A stretch of 64,000 nucleotides of DNA from Clostridia bacterium. GTDB lineage: Bacteria > Bacillota > Clostridia > TANB77 > CAG-508. Below, in pieces: positions 61,519-64,000 of the stretch. A program made the position numbers and the translations under genes. The stretch lies in the NCBI GenBank assembly GCA_045643465.1, contig JAZUKV010000034.1:2107-66106 (forward strand). Reading direction: 5' to 3'. The first letter of the stretch is position 1. Each line of letters opens with the position of its first letter. The notes beneath the pieces were generated by a model. The model had not been told where the DNA came from. It saw only the letters and a program-made list of their open reading frames with translations, and did no database searches.

Positions 61519-63399
61519 TTATTTTGAAATTAAATCACATATTATATTACTAATTTCTGTTGGATTATCTATACTTAAACCTTCAATTAATTTGGCTTGT
61601 GCATATAAAATTTTAGCATAATCTTTTAATGCTTCTTTATCATTTTCAAATAGATTTTTCAATTTTTCTGCAATAGGATGATTTTCATTAATCTCTAATG
61701 ATGTTTTTGCTTGAATTGTTCTATTATTTGGCAAAGCATTGATAACTTTTTGCATTTCTACAGAAATTGCTCCTTCAGTTGTCAAGCATACTGGATGCTC
61801 TTTTAATCTATTTGTAAAACAAACCTTTGCGACTTCAGGAATTGCTTCTTGCATTAATGATAACATATCTTTGCTATCTTCATTTAATTTTTCAATTTGC
61901 TCTTTTTCCTCTTTACTATCTAAATCTAAATTATTTGCAGAAACATTTGCAAATTCTTTTTCATCATACTTCATTAAAACTTGAAGAGCAAATTCATCAA
62001 TTTCATCTGTTAAATATAAAATTTCATAACCTTTGCTTTTTACGCCCTCAACTTGTGGTAACATATCTATTTTTTCCACAACATCTCCACAAGCATAATA
62101 AATCTTATCTTGTCCTTCTTTCATTCTAGTTACATATTCTTTTAGTGTAACTAGTTTTTGCTCTGTAGATGAATAAAACATCAATAAATCTTTTAATTTA
62201 TCTTTGTCCACACCAAAATTATTATAACAACCAAATTTTAATTGAACGCCAAAAGTTTTAAAAAATTTAACATATTCATCACGATTTTTATTTAGCATAT
62301 CTTCTAATTCAGATTTAATCTTTTTCTCTATATTTTTAGCAATTGTTTTTAGTTGTCTATCTTGTTGCAAAATTTCTCTTGAAATATTTAAAGATAAATC
62401 TGGACTATCTACTAAACCTTTTGCAAAGCTAAAATAATCTGGTAATAAATCTTTACATTTTTCCATTATTAATACACCATTAGAATATAAAGCTAATCCT
62501 TTTTCATATTCTTTTGTATAAAAATCATAAGGAAGTTGTGATGGAATATATACCAACATATCATAATTTAAAGTTCCTTCCACTGTACTTTTAATTATCT
62601 TGGCTGGCTTTTCAAAATCTCCAAATCTTGTTTCATAAAAACTATTAAACTCCTCGTCTGTTACATCTGACTTTTTCTTTTTCCAGATTGGAACCATACT
62701 ATTTAAAGTTTCTAATTCAACTTTATCTTCATATTCATTTTCTGTTCCTTCTTTAAGGGCGCTTTTTATAACATTCATTTGAATTGGGAATCTTATATAA
62801 TCAGAATATTTTTTTACAATTCCTTTAATTTTAAATTCATTTAGATATTCAGAATATTTTTCATCTTCTTGGTCATCTTTAATATGTAAGATTATTGTTG
62901 TTCCATAATCATCTTTATCAGTTTCTTCTATTGTATATCCATCTGCACCTTTAGATGTCCACTTATATGCTTTCTCTTCCCCATATGCTTTGCTAATTAC
63001 TTCAACTTCTTTAGCAACCATAAATGCAGAATAAAATCCAACACCAAATTGACCTATTATATCAACATCTTCTTTTTTCTCATTTTCATTTTTAAATGCA
63101 AATGAACCACTTTGAGCTATTGTTCCTAAATTATTTTCAAGCTCTTCCGCTGTCATTCCAATACCTTTGTCTTCTATTATTAATGCATTATTTTCCTTAT
63201 CTATTTTTAATTTAATAATCAAATCTTCTTTATTAACATCAATTTTTTTATCTGTTAATGAACTATAATATAGCTTATCCATTGCATCACTTGCATTTGA
63301 AATTAGCTCTCTTAAAAATATCTCCCTATTTGTATAAATAGAATTAATCATTAAGTCTAATAATCTTTTTGACTCTGCCTTAAATTGTTTTGTTTCCAT
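61519..63399 (-). CDS. htpG: Chaperone HtpG (Hsp90)
   Basis: FLRELISNASDA, NLGTIA.SG, IGQFGVGFYS. Confidence 0.97.
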   Translation of the reverse strand: METKQFKAESKRLLDLMINSIYTNREIFLRELISNASDAMDKLYYSSLTDKKIDVNKEDLIIKLKIDKENNALIIEDKGIGMTAEELENNLGTIAQSGSFAFKNENEKKEDVDIIGQFGVGFYSAFMVAKEVEVISKAYGEEKAYKWTSKGADGYTIEETDKDDYGTTIILHIKDDQEDEKYSEYLNEFKIKGIVKKYSDYIRFPIQMNVIKSALKEGTENEYEDKVELETLNSMVPIWKKKKSDVTDEEFNSFYETRFGDFEKPAKIIKSTVEGTLNYDMLVYIPSQLPYDFYTKEYEKGLALYSNGVLIMEKCKDLLPDYFSFAKGLVDSPDLSLNISREILQQDRQLKTIAKNIEKKIKSELEDMLNKNRDEYVKFFKTFGVQLKFGCYNNFGVDKDKLKDLLMFYSSTEQKLVTLKEYVTRMKEGQDKIYYACGDVVEKIDMLPQVEGVKSKGYEILYLTDEIDEFALQVLMKYDEKEFANVSANNLDLDSKEEKEQIEKLNEDSKDMLSLMQEAIPEVAKVCFTNRLKEHPVCLTTEGAISVEMQKVINALPNNRTIQAKTSLEINENHPIAEKLKNLFENDKEALKDYAKILYAQAKLIEGLSIDNPTEISNIICDLISK

Positions 63400-63435
63400 A
63401 TATTACACCTCTTTCATAAAATATTTACAATGCGT

Positions 63436-63478
63436 ATCATATACCCATTTTTTAGCAAAGTCAATACGTGAGTGCTAA
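63436..63478 (-). promoter_or_regulatory. htpG sigma-A promoter with overlapping CIRCE (HrcA operator)
   Basis: TTAGCACTC-N9-CTTTGCTAA (63478-63452) overlapping TTGACT-17 nt-TATGAT. Confidence 0.8.
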
Positions 63479-63632
63479 TAATTATATATTTTATATTTTT
63501 TGTATTATTTTTTTATTTCTGTTGATAATAAAAAGTGACTGTGATATATTTAAGTTGAAATTTTTTTAGGAACGTTGTTTATTAATTTTACGCTTACAAC
63601 GTCCCCATTGATACTAAAAAGGAGGTTTCAAT

Positions 63633-64000
63633 ATGGAATTTAAACAATGGGAAAACTTTAATACAAATAGTGAATGGGCTTATGAAATTGATGTTCGTGA
63701 TTTCATTCAATCAAACTACAAACCATACACAGGCGATGGTTCTTTTTTGGCCCCTGCCACAGAAAAAACTAAAAAATTATGGAATAAAGTTTTAGACTTA
63801 TATGAAAAAGAAAGAAAAAACGGTGGTGTTTTGGATGCTGATGTAGCAACACCATCTTCAATAAATGCTTATGAAGCTGGATATATTGATAAAGATTTAG
63901 AAGAAATTGTTGGTCTTCAAACAGATGCACCTCTAAAAAGAGCTATTATGCCAAATGGTGGTATACGTATTGTTGAAAAATCTTGTGAAGCATATGGATT
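63633..64000 (+). CDS. pflB: Pyruvate formate-lyase (5' part; runs off window)
   Basis: RBS AAGGAGG; IDVRDFIQSNYKPYTGDGSFL..IVGLQTDAPLKRAIMPNGG. Confidence 0.95.
   Translation, partial: MEFKQWENFNTNSEWAYEIDVRDFIQSNYKPYTGDGSFLAPATEKTKKLWNKVLDLYEKERKNGGVLDADVATPSSINAYEAGYIDKDLEEIVGLQTDAPLKRAIMPNGGIRIVEKSCEAYG

Overview
Very AT-rich (roughly 25% GC by eye) chromosomal window from a spore-forming clostridium; the TANB77/CAG-508-like assignment is my inference only. Most of it is housekeeping: relA, recJ, a GT4/DUF4912/GH57 alpha-glucan trio, gpsA-plsY-der, ligA, mutS-miaB, efp, fhs, xseAB-nusB, hemW-whiA-prmC, recO-era-ybeY, sporulation genes, a convergent agr locus, htpG and the start of pflB, plus tRNA-Trp and 6S RNA. 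An accessory island (~19.7-30.55 kb) holds an ISL3 element, a 5'-truncated SpaA/Cna-B surface protein and a four-gene SipW/TasA-type operon. The last gene of that operon (21967-24936) carries two 138-bp GC-rich cassettes with the signature of diversity-generating retroelement (DGR) variable regions, and the terminal one is followed by a perfect hairpin. No RT or template repeat is in the window. The best candidate new system is a SipW-processed TasA-like fibre with a sortase-anchored base and a trans-diversified, double-VR tip adhesin. Secondary finds are a +1 frameshift at GCC-CGG-A, an AgrD with no ring Cys, an AsnB with a degenerate glutaminase domain, REP-like repeats abutting stop codons and ATT/ATC start codons.
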